From IMG/VR virus record IMGVR_UViG_3300021449_000498, positions 1 through 52,828 of that record: DNA of 52,828 nt; one strand, 5' to 3'. A model generated the notes under the pieces. That model searched no databases. It worked only from the letters and a program-made list of their open reading frames with translations, and had not been told where the DNA came from. Source of the DNA: a virus. Lineage: Duplodnaviria > Caudoviricetes. Below are positions 38,395-47,450 of this stretch, piece by piece (position 1 is the first letter of the stretch; the number at the start of each line of letters is the position of its first letter). A program made the translations under genes and the position numbers.

Positions 38395-40302
38395 ATGAGG
38401 AAAGCGAAAATGTCCGAATACACCTACGCTCGAATCGAGGTTGACGACGACGGCGAGACAGTCGAAAAGCTTGCTATTGAACAAGCGCCGCGGGAAGCTA
38501 TAAAAAGCACCCACTGGGGAACGGTCCAATATCAGCCCGCATACGACGACGATTTCCCCGAAATAGATGAGTTTGCGTGGGCTGTCGCAATGACGGAAGA
38601 AAGTTTTGACGCCGTGGAACGCGCGCTAAACACGGTCATTCCCCCTGAGTACAAGGGGTGGGACGCGAACGGACAAGGCACCGTTACCCTCGAACGCGAC
38701 CCCGAACGCAATTGCTTCCGTGTGCAAGCGGACCATTACGGTGTCCGAACTGACGCCGAAACGCTGCTAAAACAAGCGTTTAGTTACGAGAATCCTGACG
38801 CCGATTTTGACCCTTCGGCGCGCCCGGTAAAGTACATCTATAGCAACGGTAGCGGCCCGCTTGGGCTAACCGAACGCGCGGCGGAGCACCTGGACGCCGA
38901 AGGGTTCACGGTCGAATTCGCCGGCCCCGAAGACGGCGCGAAGGGTGCGGACGTGTCCTCCGAACTGTCGTGGAACTTCGAACACAGCCTTCGGTACTAC
39001 CAGAACGAGGCCGTGACTGCGGCGCGCGAAGACGAACAGGGTGTGATTAGCCTACCCACCGGCACCGGGAAATCAGTCGCGGCGCTTCGGCTTATCGAAC
39101 GTCTCGGTCGTCGGGCTATCATCTTCGTCCACACGAAAGAACTGCTATACCAGTGGGCGGAGACTATCGAAGACGTTCTGGGTGTCGCGCCTGGGGTTAT
39201 CGGCGACGATGAATGGAGCGAAGGACCCGTGACGGTTGCTATCATGCAAAGCCTCACGTCCCGCGGGCTGGAGGGCGGCCCGGACGATGAGAACGAAGCA
39301 ATCGACCCGGCAAGCTACGGCGTTTCGATTTACGACGAAGCCCACCGGACCACTGCGGCGGAAACGTTTCACGCGGTCGGCAAGCTCTTTCCTTCTCACT
39401 GGCGAATCGGCCTCACCGCCACTGACTGGCGACGTGTTGAAGCCGAAAAGCTGTGGATAGAGGGTACGACCGGAGAACGGGTCTACCACCTGAGTCCCGA
39501 AGAGGCTGTTCGTCAGGGCTTCCTCGCGCGCCCCGTCTTCGAAACCCTCGAACACGACGGCCCCGAGCGCGATAATCAGGAACACTATCAAACGGCTTAC
39601 AAGCGGTGCATTGCCGAAAGCGAAGAGCGAAACCGCGCTATCGGCAAGCGCGCCGCGGAAATAGCCGAAACCGGTCGTCAGGTTATCGTTAACACGCGGT
39701 GGATTGACCCCGCGCGACACATTGCGGAATACGCCCGCGAGGCGGGGGCGGACGCAAAGGCGATTCACTCCGAATCGTCCGACCGGGACGAGGACCTGGA
39801 GGCCTTTTCCGACGGCGAAATCGACGTAGTGGCAAGCACGCTGCTAAAGGAGGGCGTGGACCTACCCGAAGTGAACGCGATTATCTTGGCGCACGGCGGC
39901 AAATCGTCGGTCGAAACCTTACAGACTATCGGGCGTGCGCTACGACCGTCCGGGGGGGACGATGCTTTAGTCGTTGACGTGAAAGATAACGGCTATACGT
40001 TCCACTCGGCGCACCGGGACCGCATGGAAACGATGGACGAATACTACGGCGCGTTCGGCCCCAACGGTGAGGCCACCGGCGAGGACATTATCGGAAACGG
40101 GCCGCTGGCTACTGACGGCGGCGAACCCGACGGCGAACCCGAGGGTGAGGAAATATGGAGTGACCTTTCGGATTCCGAGGCTGTCGAGTCCGCGGCGGAC
40201 CTGCTGGAGCATATGGGCGAGGGGTGGGCGGTCGCCGATAAACAGGAACAGCTCGAAGCCTTGGCGACCCGGCTTCGCGAGGTTGACCCCGGCGGCGACT
40301 GA
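38395..40302 (+). CDS. Superfamily 2 helicase (XPB/Rad25-like)
   Basis: LRYYQ Q-motif, PTGTGKS, DEAH, GLTAT, EGVDLP, QTIGRALR; TTTATA at 38367-38372. Confidence 0.93.
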   Translation: MRKAKMSEYTYARIEVDDDGETVEKLAIEQAPREAIKSTHWGTVQYQPAYDDDFPEIDEFAWAVAMTEESFDAVERALNTVIPPEYKGWDANGQGTVTLERDPERNCFRVQADHYGVRTDAETLLKQAFSYENPDADFDPSARPVKYIYSNGSGPLGLTERAAEHLDAEGFTVEFAGPEDGAKGADVSSELSWNFEHSLRYYQNEAVTAAREDEQGVISLPTGTGKSVAALRLIERLGRRAIIFVHTKELLYQWAETIEDVLGVAPGVIGDDEWSEGPVTVAIMQSLTSRGLEGGPDDENEAIDPASYGVSIYDEAHRTTAAETFHAVGKLFPSHWRIGLTATDWRRVEAEKLWIEGTTGERVYHLSPEEAVRQGFLARPVFETLEHDGPERDNQEHYQTAYKRCIAESEERNRAIGKRAAEIAETGRQVIVNTRWIDPARHIAEYAREAGADAKAIHSESSDRDEDLEAFSDGEIDVVASTLLKEGVDLPEVNAIILAHGGKSSVETLQTIGRALRPSGGDDALVVDVKDNGYTFHSAHRDRMETMDEYYGAFGPNGEATGEDIIGNGPLATDGGEPDGEPEGEEIWSDLSDSEAVESAADLLEHMGEGWAVADKQEQLEALATRLREVDPGGD

Positions 40303-40349
40303 CAGCTACGGACGAAACGTTTTAGTCGCCCGCAAATCTGAAAATAACT

Positions 40350-40745
40350 ATGAGTATCAAAACTCGATTCGAACGCGACGAGAGAGACGGACGCGAGGGG
40401 CACGAAATGTTTGTAACAGCTATGTCCTCGCCCGACGGACGCCTGTATATTAGTGCCGGCGTCGTGAGGGCTTGGGAACCGCTCGAACCCGAGGGGGTGA
40501 TAATCTCGGGAGACCCTGACGCCGCGGTATTCGAACTGTCTCCGGTGGACCAACCCACCGAGGGCATGGATACCAACCCGGATTATCGGTCCCTGTTTGA
40601 CTCGAACGCAAATCAGGTGTGTAAGATGTTCAATTGCGCTCCCTTGTGGGACGCAATCATGGGGTTAGCCAGCGACGATAGCAGCGCCGTGCGGTGCAAT
40701 GCGACGATGGACCCGAACGGAAACGTGCGGTTCGAAGTAGAATAG
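40350..40745 (+). CDS. Hypothetical protein
   Basis: 131-aa acidic ORF with GAAACGTTTTA promoter upstream. Confidence 0.7.
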   Translation: MSIKTRFERDERDGREGHEMFVTAMSSPDGRLYISAGVVRAWEPLEPEGVIISGDPDAAVFELSPVDQPTEGMDTNPDYRSLFDSNANQVCKMFNCAPLWDAIMGLASDDSSAVRCNATMDPNGNVRFEVE

Positions 40746-40805
40746 CAGCCGCGGGCGCGACGCCCGCGAAGGTTCTTATCGTGAAATACCAGTTAGGTTA
40801 CTTAC

Positions 40806-40894
40806 GACGCGAGCGTAGCCGGTGCGCCCTGCGGTTCCGTGGCGTGGGGCCATACGTTGGGCACCGCACCGACGAAACGTTTGGTTCTCGCGTC
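40806..40894 (+). ncRNA. Candidate structured small RNA 1 (three-way junction)
   Basis: Ends pair perfectly (GACGCGAG/CTCGCGTC); inner stems AGCC/GGTT, GGTGCG/CGCACC, GACG/CGTT; upstream CGAAGGTTCTTAT promoter; no ATG. Confidence 0.55.
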
Positions 40895-40955
40895 TATTCA
40901 CACAGGATAGCGAAAGCCGAAACATTTTTAGCGGCGTGGCGCGATAGAAACGCCT

Positions 40956-41031
40956 GCGGCCGAAGGTTAAGGACATTTCCGGCGGCCGCCCGGGGAAAGT
41001 GGCCTTTGATTCCGGGTCGGGCTTCCTCGGC
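40956..41031 (+). ncRNA. Candidate structured small RNA 2 (three tandem hairpins)
   Basis: GCGGCCG/CGGCCGC, CCGG..AAAG/CTTT..CCGG, GTCGGG/CTCGGC; upstream CCGAAACATTTTTA promoter; no ATG. Confidence 0.45.
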
Positions 41032-41096
41032 TCGTTTCATGATTTCGCGACTGACCGAAACTGATAATACAATCCGCCTCGGTAGCGTAAGATGCA

Positions 41097-41375
41097 ATGA
41101 TAGAAGCAATCGAGGCGGCGAAAGTCGTAGTATCGCTACTGTTCGGAGTATTCCTAATGGTCCTCGGGGTGGTTTGCCTCGGGGGCTTACTCATGGGGGT
41201 CGAAGAGGCAAAGCCGAAATACGGCACCTGGAAAAAAGAACTGTCGGACCCGAACCGCGACCTCGTTAACCTGATTGAGGCGTTTATAGCATACCTCATA
41301 CTCGGGATTATAGTCGCAATGGCCGGGTTCTTCGCCTGGGATTTGGGGCAAAGCTTTCTTACCTGGCTATTCTAA
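41097..41375 (+). CDS. Two-TM membrane protein
   Basis: Two long hydrophobic segments. Confidence 0.7.
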   Translation: MIEAIEAAKVVVSLLFGVFLMVLGVVCLGGLLMGVEEAKPKYGTWKKELSDPNRDLVNLIEAFIAYLILGIIVAMAGFFAWDLGQSFLTWLF

Positions 41376-41384
41376 ATTTGGTGT

Positions 41385-41927
41385 ATGGACCTACCGGACC
41401 CTGAGAACGGCACCGGCGGCCTGAATACGACGTGTCGAGTCTGTCACGAAGAATTTCCTTCCGAACAGCGAATGAGGGGCCACTGTTTTTCCGAACACGG
41501 CCTACACCCTGAGCCGAAAGGGTGGGAATACGAACGGTCGCAAGAACTGGAAGACTCAGGATGGAAATGCCGGCGCTGTAATAACCCGTCCGCGTTGGTT
41601 GGCCGGTTACACGTCCATCATAGGATACCCAGAAAGTATTTCGAGAGCGAAGACGACAGCCACTTTTATGCGAACCTAAAAGCTTTGTGTGCGTCGTGTC
41701 ATGCCACAGTCGAGAACGTTTCCGACAGTTGCCCGTCACCTGACTGTTCGTTTTCGGTGTCCTCGTGCGGGCGCTTAGAAGTAGTCGTAGACGATTCGGT
41801 GAAATTAGAAGATTCGGAAAGCCCCCGGGTCAACCGGGCTATTTCCTACCGCTGTCCGCGCTGTGAACAGCCGTTTGATTTCCGTGAATGGGTCAATGAC
41901 GGCCTCAATGAGGTTGAAATCGCATGA
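41385..41927 (+). CDS. HNH endonuclease with C2H2 and Zn-ribbon modules
   Basis: CRVC...HCFSEH; CRRC...LHVHHRIP...NLKALCASCH. Confidence 0.85.
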   Translation: MDLPDPENGTGGLNTTCRVCHEEFPSEQRMRGHCFSEHGLHPEPKGWEYERSQELEDSGWKCRRCNNPSALVGRLHVHHRIPRKYFESEDDSHFYANLKALCASCHATVENVSDSCPSPDCSFSVSSCGRLEVVVDDSVKLEDSESPRVNRAISYRCPRCEQPFDFREWVNDGLNEVEIA

Positions 41928-42079
41928 ACGGCCCCGCCGTCACCGACGAACCTGGAGTACACTTATGGACCTGCGGGCGCTGTGGCGACAGTTTCAACGC
42001 GCGAACCATACCGGAAATGGTCAAAGAGCGCAACGACCACGCGCGCGAACGGCACCCCAAAGCGTGGCTGAATATGTGA
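41924..42079 (+). CDS. 51-aa C2H2-type zinc-finger microprotein
   Basis: Hand translation MNGPAVTDEPGVHLWTCGRCGDSFNARTIPEMVKERNDHARERHPKAWLNM; ATGA overlap and SD-like GAGGT. Confidence 0.75.
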   Translation: MNGPAVTDEPGVHLWTCGRCGDSFNARTIPEMVKERNDHARERHPKAWLNM

Positions 42080-42136
42080 AATCGCGGCGGCGTTTGCGGC
42101 TTTTGTTTTAGTATCAAAGTGGGTATAAAAGTAGGT

Positions 42137-42814
42137 ATGCCCTCTTCCGAACCCGTAGACGGACGCTGTGGATATGACTTAGACACCCAAGACGGTTTTT
42201 GTGAGAATCTACCCAACCCCGACAGTGAGAACGATTTGTGTGCCGCTCACGCGGAGCATATGCCGGAAGCGTCGAAAGGCGGGGCACCCGAGGGAAACCA
42301 ACGCGCGACCCGTCACGGCCTATATGCCGACCGTGAGAAGTACATGCAGAACTTCGAGGGTATCGACATGGAGTTTATCGAGGCAATGCAGAACGACTTA
42401 GCGGAACGCTACGAACGGATTCACGGACGAGAACCGGATATGTTTAGCCGCGAAGTCCTGCGGAATATCGCTATCGACTTAGAGCAAATTCCCGCCGCCT
42501 ACCGCTATCTGAAAAAAGAGACCTGGGTCCAACGCGAAGAACGCCTGGAAGAAGGCACCCTGTTCGTAGACGACGTGCCCAACATCCTGTTAGAAAGCGT
42601 TCGCAAACAAAACGAAAGCGTCATTAAACGCATGAAAGACCTGGGTATGCTACAAGACCCCGAAACGAAGAAGGCAGACGCGCTAAAGGGCAAATCCGTC
42701 GGTGAGATTTGGGACGAAAGCGGCGAAGGCGAAGGCGACATCATAGACCTGGAGTTTGCTGATTTCGACGTAGCGGACGAAGGCGACGAAGGCGACGAGA
42801 ACAAATCGGGATAA
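42137..42814 (+). CDS. terS: Terminase small subunit
   Basis: GGAPEGNQRATRHGLY motif after a C-C-C-H module; directly upstream of TerL. Confidence 0.8.
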   Translation: MPSSEPVDGRCGYDLDTQDGFCENLPNPDSENDLCAAHAEHMPEASKGGAPEGNQRATRHGLYADREKYMQNFEGIDMEFIEAMQNDLAERYERIHGREPDMFSREVLRNIAIDLEQIPAAYRYLKKETWVQREERLEEGTLFVDDVPNILLESVRKQNESVIKRMKDLGMLQDPETKKADALKGKSVGEIWDESGEGEGDIIDLEFADFDVADEGDEGDENKSG

Positions 42815-42826
42815 TCGGTTTCGAGT

Positions 42827-44311
42827 ATGGTTACTAAAGAACAGCTACCCTCTTCAACGCAAGTAGTCGAACGCATACACGAACAGCGTGGCGACGACAT
42901 ACAATTAGACCCCCACAGTCAGGACGCGGCGGACTTCCTTAGAAATCTGCGAAAGCTTCCTCGTTCACAGCGCGTAAAAATCCTGTTCGGTGCGGACCCG
43001 CATGACTATCAGGACTTAATGCTGGACGTTAATCTCTGGCGCGACCAAACGCGCTGTGTAGCCCCTATCGGCCGGCGCGGCGGCAAGACCTACACCGGCG
43101 GCCTGATAATCGCAGACTCGCCGCTTGCCCCTGCTATTGCCGAAGACACCGTGGTCGCTGCACCCTACCAACGAACCGCGGACGAAATGTTTACCGAAGC
43201 AATGGAGTGGTATGAGAAAAGCCCGTGGCCCGAATTCTTCGGTCTCGAAACAAACGAATTCTTCGGAATCGAAGTCGATAACGCCCGGACCTACGAATTC
43301 GATACGGGTGCCCGGGTAATGTCTCGAACGACCGGCAAGAAAGGCAAACAAATCAGGGGTATCGGCCCCCAGGTCATGGTTGTAGACGAAGCCGCGTTCG
43401 TCAACCAAAGAAAAATCTACACCGAAGTTATCGAACCGTTCTTTGCGACGTTCACGACCGAGGGGCAACGGTCGGAATTCTACCTGTATAGTACCACGAA
43501 CGGGCAATCCGGGTACTTCTACGAGAAGTGGATTGCCGCCTCGGAAGACGCCGAAAGCAAGTGGTTCGGGTTCCACTGGCCCTCGTACATCAACCCCATG
43601 ATTAGCGACGAGTGGCTTGATGGAAAGCGCGCCGAACTTGATAGTATTTCCTTCGCCAAGGAGTATCTGGCCGAATTCAAAGACGAAGGCAACGTGTTTA
43701 TTCCACATTCCGACGCGAAGAAATGCCAACCGCGGACGGTCGGCGAGACGTTTGGATTGACCCCGCCTATCTATGCCGGTCTCGACGTAGCGCGCGGCGG
43801 CGGCGACCTTACAGCGTTGGTCTTAGTAGACGAAACCGGGCGGGTAGAAGTCTTCGATACGTTTAGCGAGAACAGCATACCTGAAATCGTCGGACTTATG
43901 CGCCGCGTGAACGACGAACGGGGCTACGGCAATCCGCAGTCTATCGAGGAAATCTACGTCGAAAGCAACGGTGTCGGCGGCGGCGCTGTGGATTTCGGCG
44001 CGGAATACGACATCTACAATATCGGCGAAATCAAGTCTTCAACCCAAACGAAACACGAATTCTATAGCAACCTCAAACGGCGTATTGAAGAACAGTCGCT
44101 TACGCTTCCGTATGACAAGACACTAATGGGGCAACTGACGGACCTGGACTACACCCATACACCGAACGGGTATCTGAAAGTTAGTCACCGGGACCCCAAG
44201 CGGGGCGACGACCTACCGGACGCTTTAGCGTTGGCTTGCTATGCAGCAGGTGGGTACGCACCTACTTCGCGACCGTATAACACGTCGAGTTATCAGCCCG
44301 TAATCGGTTAG
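42827..44311 (+). CDS. terL: Terminase large subunit
   Basis: Walker A GRRGGKT, Walker B VVDEAAF, STT coupling motif; nuclease GLDVARGGGD and DDLPDALAL. Confidence 0.95.
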   Translation: MVTKEQLPSSTQVVERIHEQRGDDIQLDPHSQDAADFLRNLRKLPRSQRVKILFGADPHDYQDLMLDVNLWRDQTRCVAPIGRRGGKTYTGGLIIADSPLAPAIAEDTVVAAPYQRTADEMFTEAMEWYEKSPWPEFFGLETNEFFGIEVDNARTYEFDTGARVMSRTTGKKGKQIRGIGPQVMVVDEAAFVNQRKIYTEVIEPFFATFTTEGQRSEFYLYSTTNGQSGYFYEKWIAASEDAESKWFGFHWPSYINPMISDEWLDGKRAELDSISFAKEYLAEFKDEGNVFIPHSDAKKCQPRTVGETFGLTPPIYAGLDVARGGGDLTALVLVDETGRVEVFDTFSENSIPEIVGLMRRVNDERGYGNPQSIEEIYVESNGVGGGAVDFGAEYDIYNIGEIKSSTQTKHEFYSNLKRRIEEQSLTLPYDKTLMGQLTDLDYTHTPNGYLKVSHRDPKRGDDLPDALALACYAAGGYAPTSRPYNTSSYQPVIG

Positions 44312-45219
44312 TCGGAAGCGCGCGGCGCTTCCGGGGGTTCCGGTGGGTCGTATAGCAGTATGTCTTCCCCCCGCCACGTTTCCGGCGGGCAATCCGGCCC
44401 CGAATACGTCCGGTCGGAAAACTGTTCCTGCGGCGCGAAGTCTTCAGATTCGGGGCGTGGTAGCGTTTCGTCCCATTTATAATGAAACCCCGGCGGCGGC
44501 TCTCCCATATAATTTAGCAGTTCTTGTGTTTCTTCTACTGAAAACCACGCCCCACCCCTGGGGGTAATAGTAGGGGAAAACCCCACATTTTCAAACATGT
44601 TTTTCATTTTTTCAAGATTTTGTTTTTCATTTTCAAATACTATCGCAGCATGTGGTTTTTCTCTTTCTTTCACGATTAAGTTACCATCTCCCGCAAACCA
44701 ATGTTTAATAACAACCGGATTTAATTTGATAGTATTAGGGAAAGTGCGCTGTCCAGTTTCATACCAGTGTTTATACATTATTTTAAATAAGGGAGTTTTA
44801 AGTGTTTTAAAACGATATATGTCACTGTAGTTCTTTTCTTTTGCCTGGGGGGAAAACCCCGTCTTTCTTGCGTGTTTAGCGGATTCTTTAGCTGTTTTAC
44901 TAAAACGGACACCTTTTCCTACGACTGGATAAAAAAGTCTTTCTAAAAAAAGTAAATAAGCTTTAGACTTTGAATACATGTTAACTGTCATATTAAACCT
45001 GTTTCTCCCCACGTTTCCGTCACCCAAAAGTAAGCCTGTGGCTAAATCTATTTGAAAGTTAGACATTTTTGGATAATTGCAGGTTTTCAACCAGTGGAAC
45101 CCGAATTTCTCAAAACGTTTTCCACAAACCGGACACGGCGACCGTCCATCATCTTCGTCTTGTTCGGCTTCGAACTGTTCGCTTCCAAGCGTAGCCTGAA
45201 AACGGTTTTCAGCAGACAT
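44308..45219 (-). CDS. Free-standing LAGLIDADG-type homing endonuclease
   Basis: ATGLLLGDG and KHWFAGDG helices; N-terminal CPVCG; AT-rich core. Confidence 0.88.
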   Translation of the reverse strand: MSAENRFQATLGSEQFEAEQDEDDGRSPCPVCGKRFEKFGFHWLKTCNYPKMSNFQIDLATGLLLGDGNVGRNRFNMTVNMYSKSKAYLLFLERLFYPVVGKGVRFSKTAKESAKHARKTGFSPQAKEKNYSDIYRFKTLKTPLFKIMYKHWYETGQRTFPNTIKLNPVVIKHWFAGDGNLIVKEREKPHAAIVFENEKQNLEKMKNMFENVGFSPTITPRGGAWFSVEETQELLNYMGEPPPGFHYKWDETLPRPESEDFAPQEQFSDRTYSGPDCPPETWRGEDILLYDPPEPPEAPRASD

Positions 45220-45306
45220 ACAAAATTACAAACGACACAGCCATAAATATCCTACGGTGCTTCGGAGTAAACGTTTTACGGCGAAGCCGCGAAACAAACT
45301 TATAAC

Positions 45307-47139
45307 ATGGACCTTACGGATGAAATTCGCGGCGTCTACGATACTACCCGCGCGGCTCTCGCGCGCGACAGCGAAGTCTTAGGCGGAGACCCGATTCCAC
45401 AAACCATTAGCGGCAATGGCGGCCTTGGCGGTATGTTAAGCGGCTCCGGGCAAGTGCGGCGGATTCGCCCGGACAAGAACCAAACCCGTCTCTATCGCGA
45501 AATATACCGCCATAATCCGTATGTGAACGCCGGCATTGACCTGCGGGCCGGCGAAGTAGTGCGCCCGGGGCCGCGAATCACAAGCGACGATGAGAAGCTT
45601 ACCGAAGCCCTCGAAACCTGGAGCGAACAATGCACCATTTACGCGGGCGAGTACGACCAACCACTGACACCGCAACTGTGGAACGACGCCCGCGGCTTCG
45701 ATATGGACGGCACCGTGACGCTTGAACACATGTATGACGACCCTGCGGAACCTGCTACCTTTTCGGGCTTTCAGACAGTCGATTCGCTCACACTCGATAT
45801 GCTATGCTACCCGAATACCTCGCGTCTGATTCGCCCCGGAGACAGCAGCGGCCGGGTGCCGAAAGAAACGCCGAAGAATGCGCGCGGGCAATGGGCGGCC
45901 TACGTCCAAAACCTCGGGGGCGGGGCGAGCGAAGTGCAGCGCCGCAAAGCGCAATCGTCCCAACGGACCCGAGACGTAGCTTCGGGCAACCGAAGCGAAA
46001 CTGGGGCCGGCAAGCCTACGGAACCGGACGGGACCGTACCCCTTTCCCAGGATGATGTTACGAAAATGGTGCGCAATCCTATGCTGGATACGCCGCTTAC
46101 GAGCGGAAACAGTAACCGCGGAAGTGGAAAAGCCGGTCAAACCCGGGGGGTTTCCCTCATTGAACCCATTTCCTCCGAAGCTATCCGGGTCCAAAATCGT
46201 AAAGACGACCACAACGCCGTCTTACAGAACCTCGCGTACCCGCGCGTGGTCGTGAAATTCAATCAGGTAGAATTGCCGACGGGGGATACCCTGCAATGGG
46301 AAACGAACCAAATGCAGGCGTTTATCAAGACCCTCCGACAGCGAGGAACGGGACGCGACGGGTCCGAATCGTGGCGCGAAAGCCGGCGTGAGGAAAGCAA
46401 AGAAGCCGACAGCTACGGTGAGGACAGCAGTACGGACTATTCGGGCACGAATACCGAAGCGCCCGAATTCAACAGCCCCGGCGGTATCCTCGGTGCGCCG
46501 CCGGGTGTCGAAATCGAGTGGTACACCCCCGACCTTCCCGACATCAACCCAAGTATCCAAATGTCAATCAATACTATCTTCTCGGGAATGAACGTGCCCA
46601 AGGCCTACGTCGGTTTCGGTGACGACCTGAATCGAGACGTAACCGAACCGCGCGTAGAACAGTTCGACCGCGACGTGCGGCGAATCCGCAGTCATATTAG
46701 CTATTCCTACACCCAAATCTTCCGCAAAAAAGCGCGATACCTGTTGGACCGCGGCGTGGTCGCCGGCCCCGAACCGGGAAGCGAAGCCTACGACAGCCTC
46801 ATCGAAAGCGTCGAATTTGCTATCGAGTCCGACGACGATGTAAGTCCGCTACAAGATTCGGACTTCGATGCTAAGAAGTTCTTAGCCTATATGCAGGCCT
46901 GGAAGGTCTACGTTTCGTCGGGCGTGGACGCCTACCTTCCGCCGGAACGTCTGATTGAGAAGGATTTGGGCATGGAAACGTCGGAGCTTGAAGAAGAGTT
47001 AGAAAACGCGTCTGAAATCTTCCAAAATGCCGACGGCGGGCTGAATATGGAAGAAACCGGCGCGCCCCAGGGCGGTGGCACTCCGGTTTCCGACCGAGTG
47101 GACGGAAGCCAGCGCGAGGATGAAAACCAAAACGACTAA
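45307..47139 (+). CDS. Portal protein
   Basis: 610 aa after TerL; YRHNPYVNAGID, RGVSLIEPI and SGMNVPKAYVG portal-like motifs. Confidence 0.82.
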   Translation: MDLTDEIRGVYDTTRAALARDSEVLGGDPIPQTISGNGGLGGMLSGSGQVRRIRPDKNQTRLYREIYRHNPYVNAGIDLRAGEVVRPGPRITSDDEKLTEALETWSEQCTIYAGEYDQPLTPQLWNDARGFDMDGTVTLEHMYDDPAEPATFSGFQTVDSLTLDMLCYPNTSRLIRPGDSSGRVPKETPKNARGQWAAYVQNLGGGASEVQRRKAQSSQRTRDVASGNRSETGAGKPTEPDGTVPLSQDDVTKMVRNPMLDTPLTSGNSNRGSGKAGQTRGVSLIEPISSEAIRVQNRKDDHNAVLQNLAYPRVVVKFNQVELPTGDTLQWETNQMQAFIKTLRQRGTGRDGSESWRESRREESKEADSYGEDSSTDYSGTNTEAPEFNSPGGILGAPPGVEIEWYTPDLPDINPSIQMSINTIFSGMNVPKAYVGFGDDLNRDVTEPRVEQFDRDVRRIRSHISYSYTQIFRKKARYLLDRGVVAGPEPGSEAYDSLIESVEFAIESDDDVSPLQDSDFDAKKFLAYMQAWKVYVSSGVDAYLPPERLIEKDLGMETSELEEELENASEIFQNADGGLNMEETGAPQGGGTPVSDRVDGSQREDENQND

Positions 47140-47171
47140 AAAGAAAGCGGGACCATTTTCAGGTCCCACCT

Positions 47172-47297
47172 ATGCCAGGAAATCAGAACCTCGAATGTTT
47201 CGTGTGTAACGACGGCGGAACCCCACAGCCCGCGGATTATGGCTGTGGCGTGGATTGTGCAGAGTGCGGCAATACTATTCTTGCCTGCGGGGAGTAA
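47172..47297 (+). CDS. 41-aa Cys-rich zinc-finger microprotein
   Basis: Hand translation MPGNQNLECFVCNDGGTPQPADYGCGVDCAECGNTILACGE. Confidence 0.7.
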   Translation: MPGNQNLECFVCNDGGTPQPADYGCGVDCAECGNTILACGE

Positions 47298-47354
47298 ATC
47301 AGAAGCGACGCCGGAGCGAAAGCTTTTTTACACGCGACCCAGTTAGGTAGAAAT

Positions 47355-47450
47355 GCCGCTGCGTGTGATACCACGCGGTCGGCTCCGCGGGCTTGGTTAC
47401 CCCGCGTCACCTCCTTCACAGGGTCGTAAGGCCTGGGAGTGGGAATCGGC
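47355..47450 (+). ncRNA. Candidate structured small RNA 3 (multi-stem, GNRA loop, anti-SD-like tract)
   Basis: Promoter GCGAAAGCTTTTTTA at 47316-47330; stems GCGTG/CACGC, CGCGGG/CCCGCG, CTCC..CAGG-GTAA-CCTG..GGAG; pyrimidine-rich tail. Confidence 0.55.

Noticed and set aside
40956-41031. HDV-like ribozyme fold
   Set aside because: The P1 3' strand is followed by CC rather than GG, and no nested pseudoknot could be built
33616-44311. Inteins in PolB, helicase or TerL
   Set aside because: Motif spacing is continuous, protein sizes are normal, and no splice-junction motifs were seen
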